A DNA stretch of 62,584 bases, the filler included, from a bacterium (GTDB lineage Bacteria > JALSQH01), in the NCBI GenBank assembly GCA_027004335.1. It is 9 parts of 9 records of this genome, joined end to end, with 100 filler letters (N's around TTAATTAATTAA, not from the genome) between each part and the next. Parts side by side here need not be neighbours in the genome. Positions count along the whole stretch, not along the records: positions 8,326 to 16,485 come from JALTID010000180.1; positions 16,586 to 24,738 come from JALTID010000181.1; 7 more parts are not named here. One strand, 5' to 3'. The notes beneath the pieces are model-generated. The model was not told the origin of the DNA, made no database searches, and worked only from the letters and a program-made list of their open reading frames with translations. A program made the position numbers and the translations under genes. Below, piece by piece: positions 9,970 to 20,604 of the stretch (the stretch's first letter is position 1; each line of letters opens with the position of its first letter).

Positions 9970-10592
9970 TTCACCAAATATTTTACCAGCAGAAATCCAC
10001 CAACCAAAAGAACGGTAAAAATTATTGTAAGAAGATTAAAATATCTATCAATAAAATCTCTTGCTTTTTCCCCCCAGAAATAGAAAAAAGCAGATACGAG
10101 ATAAAACCTCGCCCCTCTGCTCAATGTACTTACAATTACAAAGGCTAAGAGAGGCATATGAAAAGCACCTGACGCAATGGTAAAAACTTTATATGGAACA
10201 GGAGTAAAACCAGCCACGGTGAGAAACCAGACATTATATTGATCATACAAGCTTTTTAAGTAGAGAAACTTATCCATGGCTCCATAAAAAGTCAGGATCT
10301 TAACACCAATGGTTTCCATCAGCTTATAACCAATATAATATCCCAGAAGCCCTCCTGTAACAGATCCAACAGTTGAAAGTAGGGCAAACCGAAAGGATTT
10401 TCTTGGCTCTCCAAGAGCAAGGGCCATCAAAAGGACATCGGGAGGTAATGGAAAGAAAGAAGCCTCTGCAAAAGCAAGAAGTATCAACGCACCTGGACCA
10501 TATGGTGTATCAGCCCAGCTAAGTACCCAGTCATAAAGTTTCCTTATCCATCCGAATCCAGGAGCAATTCTCTGTTCAAACGACTTTCCCAT
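9966..10592 (-). CDS. YqaA/DedA (SNARE-associated) membrane protein
   Basis: FAEASFFPLPPD, GFTPVPYKVFTIASG, SRGARF. Confidence 0.88.
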   Translation of the reverse strand: MGKSFEQRIAPGFGWIRKLYDWVLSWADTPYGPGALILLAFAEASFFPLPPDVLLMALALGEPRKSFRFALLSTVGSVTGGLLGYYIGYKLMETIGVKILTFYGAMDKFLYLKSLYDQYNVWFLTVAGFTPVPYKVFTIASGAFHMPLLAFVIVSTLSRGARFYLVSAFFYFWGEKARDFIDRYFNLLTIIFTVLLVGGFLLVKYLVK

Positions 10593-11326
10593 TTTCTGTA
10601 CTCTTCAAGAAGTGAATAATTTGTTAGATCAAGGTGAATCGGGGTAATAGAAATATACCCTTTTTCAATGGTAACAATGTCTGAATCGGGGATATTCTCA
10701 TAACCTAAATCTTTACCACCAATCCAGTAGTATTTCCTCCCCCTTGGATCAACCTTTTCCACGATAGCCTCTCCATATTTCCTCTTTCCCTGACGGGTAA
10801 ATTTAATCCCTTTATAGTAACTACACCTTCTCTTGTTCGGAAAATTTATATTGAGAAATGTTCCACGGGGGATTCCAGTATAAATAAAAAATTCCATTAT
10901 CCTCTTAGCGACTCTGGCAGCAGGTCTGAAATAGGCAGGGAGGTCAAGAGTAGCAAGAGAAAAAGCTATAGAAGGTACTCCTAACAGACAACCCTCCATA
11001 GCAGCAGATACTGTACCCGAGTAGGTGATATCATCTCCAAGATTGGGACCAAAATTTATCCCTGAGATTACAATGTCAGGTTTTTCGGGTAAGAGACCAT
11101 TTATAGATAAGTTTACACAGTCAGTAGGAGTGCCATCAACGGCAAAAAAATTTTTCTTCACCTCCTTAACCCTGAGAGGACGATAAAGAGAAAGAGCATG
11201 ACTTACCGCAGATCTCTCCCTGTCTGGTGCAACAATATAAATCTTCCCCATGGGCTTGATTTCTTCATAAAGAATCCTGAGCCCTCTGGCAAAAATTCCA
11301 TCATCATTTGAAAGAAGGATTACCAA
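10544..11326 (-). CDS. surE: 5'/3'-nucleotidase SurE
   Basis: LLSNDDG, GTPTDCV, SGIN.GPNLG, YSGTVSAA; true start likely TTG 11326 after GAGGTG because the longer ORF overlaps the tRNA. Confidence 0.95.
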   Translation of the reverse strand: MVILLSNDDGIFARGLRILYEEIKPMGKIYIVAPDRERSAVSHALSLYRPLRVKEVKKNFFAVDGTPTDCVNLSINGLLPEKPDIVISGINFGPNLGDDITYSGTVSAAMEGCLLGVPSIAFSLATLDLPAYFRPAARVAKRIMEFFIYTGIPRGTFLNINFPNKRRCSYYKGIKFTRQGKRKYGEAIVEKVDPRGRKYYWIGGKDLGYENIPDSDIVTIEKGYISITPIHLDLTNYSLLEEYRKWESRLNRELLLDSDG

Positions 11327-11349
11327 GCTCACCTCAATAATATAAAAAA

Positions 11350-11426
11350 TGGTCGGGGCGAGCCGATTTGAACGGCCGACCACACGCACCCCAAGCGTGT
11401 GCGCTACCAGGCTGCGCTACGCCCCG
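11350..11426 (-). tRNA. tRNA-Pro(GGG)
   Basis: 77 nt CGGGGCGTAGCGCAGCCTGGTAGC...; anticodon arm CACGC-TTGGGGT-GCGTG; T-loop TTCAAAT; encoded CCA; conserved ihfA-merR-tRNA-Pro order. Confidence 0.97.
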
Positions 11427-11428
11427 AC

Positions 11429-11737
11429 TCAGATCTCCTCAAGAATTTTTCTTATCTCTCTCAGCTCTTTTTTTATCTGAATAACTTTTTTTTCCACTCC
11501 TCCGTTCTGCTGAAAAAACTTTCTAACCCCTTCTATTTTCAAACCTTCTTCATATAACATTCTCTTAATCTTAGAAATTTTTTCAACATCCTCCTGAGTG
11601 TAGAGTCTCTGCCCTCCTTTTCCTCGTAAAGAAGGTTTTAAAAAAGAAAATTCCTTTTCCCAGTACCTTATCACATGGGGTTCAACCCCCACAATTCTGC
11701 TCACTTCCCCAATTTTGTAAAGATATTTTTCATCCAT
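11429..11737 (-). CDS. MerR family HTH regulator
   Basis: YKIGEVS..VGVEPHVIRYWEKEF, GGQRLY. Confidence 0.92.
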   Translation of the reverse strand: MDEKYLYKIGEVSRIVGVEPHVIRYWEKEFSFLKPSLRGKGGQRLYTQEDVEKISKIKRMLYEEGLKIEGVRKFFQQNGGVEKKVIQIKKELREIRKILEEI

Positions 11738-12021
11738 TATTTCTTATTTATTTCTCTTCTCCAGACCTGGCTCGGATGAAAAACAACTACTCTACGCGGA
11801 GGAATCTCAATCTCCACCTTTGTCTTGGGGTTTCTTCCGATTCTTCTTCCCTTATCTCGCAACACAAAGCTTCCAAAACCACTTACCTTTACATTTTCAC
11901 CTTTCTCAAGAGCGGAACGCATAATTTCAATGATCTCGTCCGAAAGCTGAAGAGATTCTTTCAGCGTCAGTCCAACCTTTTTGTTAATGTTCTCCGCGAT
12001 CTTCGCCTTTGTTACAGTCAT
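11737..12021 (-). CDS. ihfA: Integration host factor alpha
   Basis: VKVSGFGSF, GRNPKT, RRVVVF; position after pheT. Confidence 0.9.
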   Translation of the reverse strand: MTVTKAKIAENINKKVGLTLKESLQLSDEIIEIMRSALEKGENVKVSGFGSFVLRDKGRRIGRNPKTKVEIEIPPRRVVVFHPSQVWRREINKK

Positions 12022-12060
12022 CTTTCCCTCCTTTCTTAATATAATTTAGCATATTTTTAC

Positions 12061-14466
12061 TCAACTTCTAAGCTTCCCGTTAATTTCTTTCAATCGGATA
12101 ACCACTCTATCTATTATTTCTGAAATTTCCTCTTCCGTCAATGTATGATCAGCACTCTGTAAATAGAACCTTATTCCAACACTCTTTTTCCCTTGCGGGA
12201 TTCTCTCTCCTCTGTACAGGTCAAAAATCCTGATCTCAAGAGATAGTGGACCAGCTTCCTTTCTTGCAATAGTTAGCAATTTTTCCACCGGGGTATCCTC
12301 ATCTAAAAGTACAGCAATATCCCTCTCTGCAGCGGGGAATCTGGAAACCTCTTCAAACTTAACTTCCTCTTTTTTGAAAGAATAGAGCTTTTCAAGGTAA
12401 ACCTCCCCGTAGAAAACTCTCTGTTTTATTTTCTTTTTCTCCAGCAACCCGGGATGAATCTGACCAACCTCTCCTGCCCTTTTACCTCTATAATAAATTG
12501 ATGCCTGTTGATAGGGATGGAAATATGGCTCCTCAAGATTCTTCCATTTAATATTCTTGAAGTGAAGCCTCTCCAAAAGTGCCTCCATGGCACCTTTTAA
12601 ATCATAAAAATCCACCTCTTCCTCTTTCCAACCCCAATTGGGCAGGAATCTTCTCCCAGTCATAATCAGAGCAAGATTATACTCCTCTTTATATCCATCG
12701 TTGCAGTTAAAGTAAACTTTTCCAGCTTCAAATAATCTCAGATCCTTAAATTGCATACTGAAATTTGTCCTGATATTCTCAAGTAGACCAGGAAGAAGAG
12801 TGGTTCTCATTACACTCTGCTCCACAGTAAGGGGATTAACAATTCTTACAAAACTGAGTCTCCTATCACCTTCACCTATTCCTAAAAATTCTGCATCTTC
12901 CGGAGACATAAAGCTGTAATTTATAACCTCATGAAAACCCCATTGGGACAAAACATTCCTTGTTTCAAGAACCTGGAGCATAAGAGGAGGTAGAGACAAC
13001 TCTTTGACTCTTATAGTGGGAAAAGTGGTTGGAATCTCGTTGTATCCGTAGATCCTCGCAACTTCCTCAATTAGATCCACTTCTCTTTCAAGATCGTATC
13101 TCCACGGAGGAGTAACAAAAAGATCTCCTTCTGATTTCTCTTCAACTTTTTCACAACCAAGATCAACTATAATCCTGGACGCCTTTTCTCGAGGGATATC
13201 AACCCCAAGAAATGAATTAAGATTCTCATACCTTAAAAACACACTCTTTCTAATATTAGGGGCCCTCCCGGCTCTGAAAAGCCCTGAGTGAACCTTCCCC
13301 GACGCATACTTCTGGATCAGAGAAGAAGCTTGATCAGAGGCAAAATCAATTATTGAAGGATCAATCCCCCTTTCAAATCTGTAAGAGGCATCTGTCTGGA
13401 TGCCCAGTCTTCTTGCAGTGTGCCTTATAAATTTTGGGACAAAGTAGGCACTCTCTAAAATAACATTTTCTGTCTTTTCATTAACACCACTATCCTCTCC
13501 ACCCATGATCCCCGCAAGGGCAACAGGATCTTTTTCATCAGCAATAACCAGATCATCGGGGGTTAGAGTTCTCTCTGTACCATCCAAAAGCAGAATTTTC
13601 TCACCATCAGTAGCTGACCTGACTTTTATGGTTCTATTTTTCACAAGATCAGCATCAAAAGAATGTAGAGGCTGGCCAAGCTCCATGAGAACATAGTTGG
13701 TAATATCAACAACATTGCTGATTGATCTTATCCCTACCCTTGCAAGATATGACTGAATAAAAAGTGGAGAAGGTCCAATTTTAACATCTGAGATAAAACG
13801 CCCAGTGTAGTAAGGACCTTTTTGAGTATCTTCAATGAAGACCTTTATTACATTCTCGGTAGGAGGGATAATTTCCTCAAGGTCAACTTCAGGAAGCCTG
13901 ACATCACTATTCATACCAAGAATCGCCTTCAACTCTCTGGCAACACCCAAATGACTGAGACAATCTCCTCTGTTGGGGGTAATTTCCAGTTCAATTATGG
14001 AATCAGGTACATCTATGACAGATGTAAAATGGGTACCAGCAGGAAGATCATCAGAGAATCTCAGCAGAATTGAACTCTTCTCCTCCCAGCCAAGATCCTC
14101 CCCTGCAATGAGCATAGTCTCCGAGAAAAACTTCCCAAATTTCCGCTTTTCAATTTTTTTACCTTCAAACATGCTTCCCGCAGGTACAGCCAGAACTTTT
14201 TCTCCCGCTTTCAGAGTAACATCAGCAGAAACAATAGAGAGTTCATCTCTACCAGTGTTGACCCTACCTGTTACAAGTTTCCCCTTTTTTCCTGGAAAAT
14301 CTTTAACCTCAAGCACATCAGCGACAACAATATCTTCCCAACCCCTTCCCCAATTCTTCTCAACCACACTGGCTTCTATACCTGCCATGGTCAATTTTTC
14401 AGCAACTCTCTCGGCGGACAATTCCATAGGTAAAATTTTCCCCAACCAGTTAAAACTAATAAGCAT
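12061..14466 (-). CDS. pheT: Phenylalanyl-tRNA synthetase beta subunit
   Basis: ITPNRGDCLS, VVDITNYV, GQPLH.FD, DASYRFERG, DLIEEVARIYGY, C-terminal FDX-ACB domain. Confidence 0.96.
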   Translation of the reverse strand: MLISFNWLGKILPMELSAERVAEKLTMAGIEASVVEKNWGRGWEDIVVADVLEVKDFPGKKGKLVTGRVNTGRDELSIVSADVTLKAGEKVLAVPAGSMFEGKKIEKRKFGKFFSETMLIAGEDLGWEEKSSILLRFSDDLPAGTHFTSVIDVPDSIIELEITPNRGDCLSHLGVARELKAILGMNSDVRLPEVDLEEIIPPTENVIKVFIEDTQKGPYYTGRFISDVKIGPSPLFIQSYLARVGIRSISNVVDITNYVLMELGQPLHSFDADLVKNRTIKVRSATDGEKILLLDGTERTLTPDDLVIADEKDPVALAGIMGGEDSGVNEKTENVILESAYFVPKFIRHTARRLGIQTDASYRFERGIDPSIIDFASDQASSLIQKYASGKVHSGLFRAGRAPNIRKSVFLRYENLNSFLGVDIPREKASRIIVDLGCEKVEEKSEGDLFVTPPWRYDLEREVDLIEEVARIYGYNEIPTTFPTIRVKELSLPPLMLQVLETRNVLSQWGFHEVINYSFMSPEDAEFLGIGEGDRRLSFVRIVNPLTVEQSVMRTTLLPGLLENIRTNFSMQFKDLRLFEAGKVYFNCNDGYKEEYNLALIMTGRRFLPNWGWKEEEVDFYDLKGAMEALLERLHFKNIKWKNLEEPYFHPYQQASIYYRGKRAGEVGQIHPGLLEKKKIKQRVFYGEVYLEKLYSFKKEEVKFEEVSRFPAAERDIAVLLDEDTPVEKLLTIARKEAGPLSLEIRIFDLYRGERIPQGKKSVGIRFYLQSADHTLTEEEISEIIDRVVIRLKEINGKLRS

Positions 14467-14474
14467 CTCTACCT

Positions 14475-15497
14475 CTATTTAAATTGAGATAGGAATCTAA
14501 GGTTATTCTCAAACAGGAGTCTTATATCATCAATCCGATATTTTAGCATAGCGATTCTCTCAACTCCCATACCAAAGGCAAATCCCTGGAATTTCTCAGG
14601 ATCAATACCCACATATTTGAAAACTTCTGGGTCCACCATACCCGCACCTAAGATCTCAAGCCAGCCAGAAAACTGGCATACTCTGCATCCTTTGCCTCCA
14701 CAAATAACACATTGAATATCCATCTCCACACTGGGCTCAGTGAAAGGGAAAAAACTGGGTCTAAATCTAACCTTTGTATCAGGTCCAAAAATCTCCCTGG
14801 CAAAAAGTGTAAGGGTACCTTTTAGGTCAGCAAATGTGACATCTGTATCCACGAGAAGTCCCTCCACCTGATGGAACATCGGGGTATGAGTGAGATCAGC
14901 ATCCCTCCTATAAACTTTACCCGGAGCTATTATATGAATAGGGGGCTTCTGCTTCTCCATCACCCTTATTTGAACAGGAGAAGTGTGGGTCCTCAGAAGA
15001 TAATTCTCCCTATCAAGATAAAAAGTATCCTGCATATCCCTTGCAGGATGCTCTGGAGGTATATTCAGCGCCTGAAAATTGTGGTAATCATCCTCAATAT
15101 CAGGACCTTCTGCTACTTCAAACCCCATTCTCGTAAAAACAGAAATAATCTCATTCATTACAGTAGCAACCGGGTGAAAGGCTCCTAAATCTGGTGCTCT
15201 CCCCGGAAGAGTAATATCAACTCGTTCCCTGCGAAATCTTTCCTTCTGGAGATTTTTCCTGAGAATTTCAAAATATTCTTCAAATCTCCTCTGAGCCCAG
15301 ACTTTGAGCTCATTTACGAGCTTTCCAGCTTCAGGCCTCTCAGAAGGAGGCAGTTCCCTGAGGGCTTTTAGTAGAGATGTTATCCTTCCCTTCTTCCCGA
15401 GATATTCAACTTTGAGAGAATTTAAAGAATCAGGGCCCGCAACTTGCTCTAGCTTTTTTTCCAATTCCGTTTTTATTTCAGAAACTTCTTCTTTCAT
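14475..15497 (-). CDS. pheS: Phenylalanyl-tRNA synthetase alpha subunit
   Basis: [45 protein letters not shown]. Confidence 0.97.
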   Translation of the reverse strand: MKEEVSEIKTELEKKLEQVAGPDSLNSLKVEYLGKKGRITSLLKALRELPPSERPEAGKLVNELKVWAQRRFEEYFEILRKNLQKERFRRERVDITLPGRAPDLGAFHPVATVMNEIISVFTRMGFEVAEGPDIEDDYHNFQALNIPPEHPARDMQDTFYLDRENYLLRTHTSPVQIRVMEKQKPPIHIIAPGKVYRRDADLTHTPMFHQVEGLLVDTDVTFADLKGTLTLFAREIFGPDTKVRFRPSFFPFTEPSVEMDIQCVICGGKGCRVCQFSGWLEILGAGMVDPEVFKYVGIDPEKFQGFAFGMGVERIAMLKYRIDDIRLLFENNLRFLSQFK

Positions 15498-15850
15498 TGT
15501 GACTGAGTTTTTACCTGTTCTACAAGCTGTTTGAACCCCTTTTTATCAAACACAGCCATATCTGCAAGGACTTTTCTATCCAGAGTAATCCCCGCTTTTT
15601 TCAAGCCATTTATAAATCTACTGTAGGAAAGTCCATACCCCCTTACAGCGGCATTGATCCTCTGAATCCAAAGCCCCCGGAAAAACCTCTTTTTAACCTT
15701 CCTATCCCTGTAAGCATAGATAAGTCCTTTTTCTACAGTTTCTCTTGCTATTCTGTAATGATTCTTTCTAGACCCCCGATAACCTTTTGCCATCTTCAGA
15801 TATTTTTTATGTCTTCTATGCCTCGTTACTCCTCTTTTTACCCTTGGCAT
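15494..15850 (-). CDS. rplT: 50S ribosomal protein L20
   Basis: [31 protein letters not shown]. Confidence 0.97.
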   Translation of the reverse strand: MPRVKRGVTRHRRHKKYLKMAKGYRGSRKNHYRIARETVEKGLIYAYRDRKVKKRFFRGLWIQRINAAVRGYGLSYSRFINGLKKAGITLDRKVLADMAVFDKKGFKQLVEQVKTQSQ

Positions 15851-15876
15851 TTTCTCACCTCTTCTAATAAAAATTT

Positions 15877-16074
15877 TTATTTATATGGAATTAATCTTTC
15901 CACATTCTTTCTATCCGAAGGATCTATTAGTCCCGCCTTCCTTAGATTTCTCTTTCTTTTTCTTGCCTTGTGAGCTAAAAGATGACTCTTATAGGCATGC
16001 CTTCTTCTTATCTTCCCACCTGCAGTTTTCTTAAACCTCTTTCTGGCTCCACTGTTACTCTTTATCTTTGGCAT
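15877..16074 (-). CDS. rpmI: 50S ribosomal protein L35
   Basis: [16 protein letters not shown]; lies between infC and rplT. Confidence 0.96.
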   Translation of the reverse strand: MPKIKSNSGARKRFKKTAGGKIRRRHAYKSHLLAHKARKRKRNLRKAGLIDPSDRKNVERLIPYK

Positions 16075-16091
16075 TTCTTGGATACCTCCCG

Positions 16092-16485
16092 TTATTCTTC
16101 CTTTTCATCTGGTTCTCTGACTTCTTTATCCTTATTTTCTTTCTCTAACTTCAACTTCTTAAGATACTCCGGACGGGGAGCAAACACTACGATCATCTGT
16201 CTTCCTTCAAGTTTTGGAACATTCTCCATCATTGCTACTTCCTTAACATTTTCATGAATTTCATTTATAACCCCGGTCCCCCTCTCAGGATGTGCAAGCT
16301 CCCTTCCTCTAAACCTCACAGTAACCTTAACCTTATTGCCATCTTCAAAAAACCTCAGCATGTGTTTTACCTTTATCAGTAGATCATTTCTCTCCGTTGA
16401 AGGCCTGAGTTTTATCTCTTTAACTTTTATAATTGTCTGCTTTTTCTTAGCCTCTTTTGCTTTTTTTTGTAACTCATATTTATAT
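16092..16485 (-). CDS. infC: Translation initiation factor IF-3 (5' truncated)
   Basis: GNKVKVTVRFRGRE, PKLEGRQM; frame stays open to the contig end (KEIKLRPST). Confidence 0.93.
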
Positions 16486-16585
16486 NNNNNNNNNNNNNNN
16501 NNNNNNNNNNNNNNNNNNNNNNNNNNNNNTTAATTAATTAANNNNNNNNNNNNNNNNNNNNNNNNNNNNNNNNNNNNNNNNNNNN
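16486..16585. other. Artificial contig linker
   Basis: N44-TTAATTAATTAA-N44. Confidence 0.99.
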
Positions 16586-16992
16586 ATACCTATCATATCT
16601 AATTTCGCATTGGATATTAACTTTTCATCAAATACTGCATTCCATAAGTATTGAAAGTGAAACTGTGTGAGTATTGACATCCATATTCGATATAATCTTG
16701 CTTTGAATCCTTCTTCTACAAATTGTAAAGAACAACCGTAAAAATATTGTCTTATAAAATCATAAATATACGGATTCAACTTTTCTTGCCAGTATATCCT
16801 AAAAATTTCTTTATAACCTTTGAAATCTGTAGTATCCCAATAATATTTGTAGTACAATTCAAGGGGAAGCAAAGCTTTTGGGAGGTCTTGCTCCACGGTT
16901 TTTATTTTTCTGAGACTATAGTATTCATCTATTGGAATTTTTATGAGAAATTCTTCAAACTTCTTTAAATCTTCTCGCCAGTTCCTCATCAC
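16586..16992 (-). CDS. TaqI-family type II restriction endonuclease (3' truncated)
   Basis: IKTVEQDLP, FYGCS..FV..G.KARLYR, TQFHF.Y.WNA match R.TaqI segments as I recall them; overlaps the methyltransferase stop (ATGA). Confidence 0.85.
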
Positions 16993-18347
16993 CTTAGTGC
17001 CTGTTTTATTTGTCTTAATTCCTCTCTCGTGGGCAAAGGGAGAAGTTTAAGCTGGGTAATATTAAAATGATATGTTATGTCTCTGAAAACATCTTTTACA
17101 TATTTCCGTACCACATCTGAGTTAAGAAATTTAACAACCTCTTCCTCAGGAAGATCAAATCGGCTGTTAATCAAAGTGCGTTTCCTCAACAAATGATATA
17201 CATCTCCCATCCAGGGGTATGCCTTATAATCATAAGCTGCACCAACTTGACCATCCCCTCTAAAACCCAGGCCCATAACAATATGAGGTTTATCAAAAAA
17301 ATTTCTCAATTGCGTTTTCTTAGATGAATCAATCCAGTAGCCAGTAATAGATGAATATATAACCTTTCCGATTTTTAAATTTCTTCCATTCAGGATAGGA
17401 AGAAACCCTTGGTCTTCTCTTTTAGTTTTAGATCTCACAACATCATGACTATGTTTAATTTCAGGTGTCCTGGGGGAAATTCTTATAGTGTAAATATCAC
17501 CGAGACGAAAACTGCAAATCTCATCTACCTTCTTGCTAAACCTGGTAGAAAATACTATAAGATTACCATCCCAGTTACCATTTTTCTGTAAAAGTCTTTG
17601 ATTCCCTTTGTAATAGTCATAAAGAAATAATAAATTATTTTCTGAGCGAGATTTAGTAAACTTTATTACTACCGTTGTAACATCTGCTTCAGGCTTAAAG
17701 ATTGACGGCCCCATGTAAATGATCTCAGTTTTTCCATTCCTTGATAAGAACTTGCGGAGCTTTTTAAATTCATCAAGAATCATAAAAGTTGCTGGCACAA
17801 TAAAAATTAATTGCCCCTTCTCTTCCAGCAGCTTTATCGATTTCTCTATGAATGCTCCATATACATTATACTTTCCATACCATGTTTCATAAAGCCTTTT
17901 GTATTTATTCTTTGTGTTATTGTCAATTCTAATAGTATAATGTTCTGACATACTGGGAATGCCATATGGCGGGTTACCAATTATAATATTGAAGCGTTCT
18001 TCTGTTTCCCAGAGAAGATAATCATGATAAACAATTTTTATATCATCATTTAACTTTTTTTCTTTGGCATAGTCAATAATCTCTTTATTTATTTCGACAC
18101 CTTTCCTTACTGTAGCCTTTTTGAAAAATTCATTTTTCTTGTTCTTAATTCCATGCAAGAACTGGCAAATCCCACATGCCGGTTCAAGAATCTTTAACTC
18201 ATTTAAATTTACCATATCCTCATCTATCATATTCACCATAAAATCCACAACCCATTGTGGAGTAAAAAATATTCCCCAATCCTTTTTGATCCCTCTAAGT
18301 TTGCCATCTATCAAAGCTGCATGGGTCTCAACATCAACATTCCCCAT
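16989..18347 (-). CDS. M.TaqI-like N6-adenine DNA methyltransferase (gamma class)
   Basis: FFTP..VVDFMV, ILEPACG, GNPPYGI, TW.GKYN.YGAF.EK, GRNLK, AYPW; TaqI-type C-terminal target recognition domain. Confidence 0.9.
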   Translation of the reverse strand: MGNVDVETHAALIDGKLRGIKKDWGIFFTPQWVVDFMVNMIDEDMVNLNELKILEPACGICQFLHGIKNKKNEFFKKATVRKGVEINKEIIDYAKEKKLNDDIKIVYHDYLLWETEERFNIIIGNPPYGIPSMSEHYTIRIDNNTKNKYKRLYETWYGKYNVYGAFIEKSIKLLEEKGQLIFIVPATFMILDEFKKLRKFLSRNGKTEIIYMGPSIFKPEADVTTVVIKFTKSRSENNLLFLYDYYKGNQRLLQKNGNWDGNLIVFSTRFSKKVDEICSFRLGDIYTIRISPRTPEIKHSHDVVRSKTKREDQGFLPILNGRNLKIGKVIYSSITGYWIDSSKKTQLRNFFDKPHIVMGLGFRGDGQVGAAYDYKAYPWMGDVYHLLRKRTLINSRFDLPEEEVVKFLNSDVVRKYVKDVFRDITYHFNITQLKLLPLPTREELRQIKQALR

Positions 18348-18393
18348 GTTTTTATATCACCTCCTTACCAAACATGTCACAATACAAAGTTCC

Positions 18394-19329
18394 TTACATC
18401 CCATAAAAGTACATCTCCTGAATGTACCCATTCTCCAGCCCATATTTGTGTAGCAGTCTTACTGCTTCTTCATATTCTTCCCTCGTGATTCTCCTGTTTA
18501 CAACTGGATCGTCAAAGGCTTTGTATGTAGGGAAGTACTGACTCATAAGACTTATGTAAACATCCTTCCCTACTTCTTCAGCGATAAATTTGAAAACTTT
18601 ATCGGTGCCAGAAGCATTGTTTGGAAGCACAAGGTGCCTGACCAGAACCCCCCTGTATGCAACCCCTTCTTCATCCATTCTTAAGGGTCCCACCTGCCGG
18701 TACATCTCCTTAAGAGCAGGTCTTACCACATCCCAGTAATTGGGCACTGCTGAGAGTTTCCTTGCCCAGTAATTGTCAGAGTATTTTATATCTGGCATAT
18801 AGATATCAACTATTCCATCTAATAGTTTCAGAGTTTCCACCGATTCATATCCTGCTGTATTGTAGGCAAGGGGGATTTTTAATCCTTTTTCTTTTGCAAT
18901 GAATGTTGCCTTAACTATCTGAGGGACAAAATGGGTGGGAGTAACAAGATTTATATTGTGAGCACCCCTCCTCTGAAGATCAACCATTGCCTCCGCTAAC
19001 TCTTCTTCCGTTATATAATTTCCATTTAAAAGTTGACTTATAGGATAATTCTGGCAGAATTTACACCTTAATGGACATCCAGAAAAAAAAATCGTCCCCG
19101 ATCCTCTACTCCCCGATATTGGTGGTTCTTCACCAAAGTGGAGATTTATGCTTGCTATCTTAAGTGTAGTTGTCATTCTACAAATACCTTTATTGGTTTC
19201 ATATCTGTCTACTCCGCAATTTCTTGGACATATATCACATTTATACATCCTCTGGTATAGAATCTCTATTCTTCTTTCAAACTCCTCCTGCGGCAATTTT
19301 AAATAATCTGGACTCCTCTCCTCCCTCAT
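18394..19329 (-). CDS. Radical SAM protein (PflX-like)
   Basis: CDICPRNCGVDR, HFGEEPPISG..GSGTIFF, CPLRCKFC (CxxxCxxC), RHLVLP. Confidence 0.88.
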   Translation of the reverse strand: MREERSPDYLKLPQEEFERRIEILYQRMYKCDICPRNCGVDRYETNKGICRMTTTLKIASINLHFGEEPPISGSRGSGTIFFSGCPLRCKFCQNYPISQLLNGNYITEEELAEAMVDLQRRGAHNINLVTPTHFVPQIVKATFIAKEKGLKIPLAYNTAGYESVETLKLLDGIVDIYMPDIKYSDNYWARKLSAVPNYWDVVRPALKEMYRQVGPLRMDEEGVAYRGVLVRHLVLPNNASGTDKVFKFIAEEVGKDVYISLMSQYFPTYKAFDDPVVNRRITREEYEEAVRLLHKYGLENGYIQEMYFYGM

Positions 19330-20465
19330 CCCTCTCTAAATCTTTCCATTAATTTCATAAACTCTGAAAATAGATAGGCTGAATCGTGGGGACCTGGAGA
19401 TGCTTCAGGATGGTACTGCACAGAGAGGAGGAACTTCTTATCGTCCCTTATGCCCTCAAGAGTTTTATCATTTAAATTTATATGGCTTTTTCTCACAGTA
19501 TCAGGTAGCGTCTCAGTATCTACGGCAAAACCATGATTTTGAGCAGTTATCTCTACCCTGCCTGATTCAAGGTCCATTACAGGTTGATTTGCTCCCCTGT
19601 GTCCAAATTTCAGTTTGAAGGTTTTTGCCCCCAGCGCTCTGGAGAGCAACTGATGTCCCAGACAGATCCCAAAGATGGGAATATTTCCAACAAATTTAGC
19701 TATATTCTCAACAATGTAATCCAGTGCTGCAGGATCCCCTGGCCCGTTGGATAGGAAAATTCCATCAGGTTTCATATCCATCACTTCTTCATAGGGTGTT
19801 GTAGAGGGAACAACCAGCACCTTTACCCCTGCACTTTTAAGAAGTCTGAGTATATTCCTTTTTATTCCGTAATCATAGAGAACCACGAAAAATCTGTCTT
19901 CATTAACGGCTGTTTTTTTATACCCTTTCCCCAATTCCCATACCCCCTGATCCCACCAGTAAGGTTTATCTGTTGTCACTTCTTTTACAAGATCCTGACC
20001 GCTCATGGGAGGTATTTCCTTTGCTTTCTTTTTGAGTCGTTCAATGTCAAAATCAGTGATGGAAATTAAACCGGGCATCGCTCCTTCATTTCTTATATGT
20101 CTGGTTAATTTCCTTGTATCAATTCCATGTATGGCTACAATTTTATTCTCTTTGAGCCACTGTCCCAGGGATTTTTCTGCACGAAAATTACTGTAATTTT
20201 CAAAGTATTCTTTTACAATAAAACCCGCTACCTGTGGCTTATCAGACTCCATATCCTCGCTGTTGATCCCATAATTTCCTATCTGGGAGTATGTCATGGT
20301 AACAATTTGCCCCTTGTACGAGGGATCAGTTAATATCTCCTGATAACCTGTGATGCTGGTATTAAAAACCACCTCTCCCTCTGTGTCTCCATCATACCCA
20401 AAGGAATAACCCTCAAAGTAAGTCCCGTCAGCAAGAACCAGAAAGGCCTTTTTCTTCTTACTCAT
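19326..20465 (-). CDS. carA: Carbamoyl-phosphate synthase small subunit
   Basis: GEVVFNT..TGYQE.LTDPSY, LSNGPGDP, GICLGHQ, QYHPEASPGPHD. Confidence 0.97.
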   Translation of the reverse strand: MSKKKKAFLVLADGTYFEGYSFGYDGDTEGEVVFNTSITGYQEILTDPSYKGQIVTMTYSQIGNYGINSEDMESDKPQVAGFIVKEYFENYSNFRAEKSLGQWLKENKIVAIHGIDTRKLTRHIRNEGAMPGLISITDFDIERLKKKAKEIPPMSGQDLVKEVTTDKPYWWDQGVWELGKGYKKTAVNEDRFFVVLYDYGIKRNILRLLKSAGVKVLVVPSTTPYEEVMDMKPDGIFLSNGPGDPAALDYIVENIAKFVGNIPIFGICLGHQLLSRALGAKTFKLKFGHRGANQPVMDLESGRVEITAQNHGFAVDTETLPDTVRKSHINLNDKTLEGIRDDKKFLLSVQYHPEASPGPHDSAYLFSEFMKLMERFREG

Positions 20466-20604
20466 CTTCAATCTCGCTTTCCCAGCCTTCTTTTTCTATA
20501 ATTTTACTGAGTTTCGAAAATAGTGCAGGTATGTCGTTGATTGCCATTTGCCATAAGATTTTTCTATCAATAATGAGATAAACTTTATCTCCTCGTTCAG
20601 ACAT
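20458..20604 (-). pseudogene. HEPN (DUF86/HepT) toxin remnant with in-frame internal deletion, 48 aa
   Basis: Manual translation MSERGDKVYLIIDRKILWQMAINDIPALFSKLSKIIEKEGWESEIEDE; DUF86-like N- and C-termini joined, no RX4H motif; follows the MNT gene. Confidence 0.7.

Noticed and set aside
11327..11389. N-terminal extension of SurE in the ORF track
   Set aside because: It overlaps tRNA-Pro; a TTG start with a GAGGTG RBS at 11326 fits the family N-terminus.
11327..11426. tRNA-Pro as a possible integration site
   Set aside because: surE begins 24 nt after the CCA; no integrase or duplicated tRNA 3' end is visible, so the site is empty.
15494..15497. Possible pheS attenuator or T-box leader
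   Set aside because: rplT and pheS overlap (ATGA), leaving no leader.
16586..18347. Inferring the R-M target from site avoidance by eye
   Set aside because: TCGA occurs in the window, including inside the R-M genes. CG and CTAG look scarce, but that is common in bacteria and I could not count reliably.
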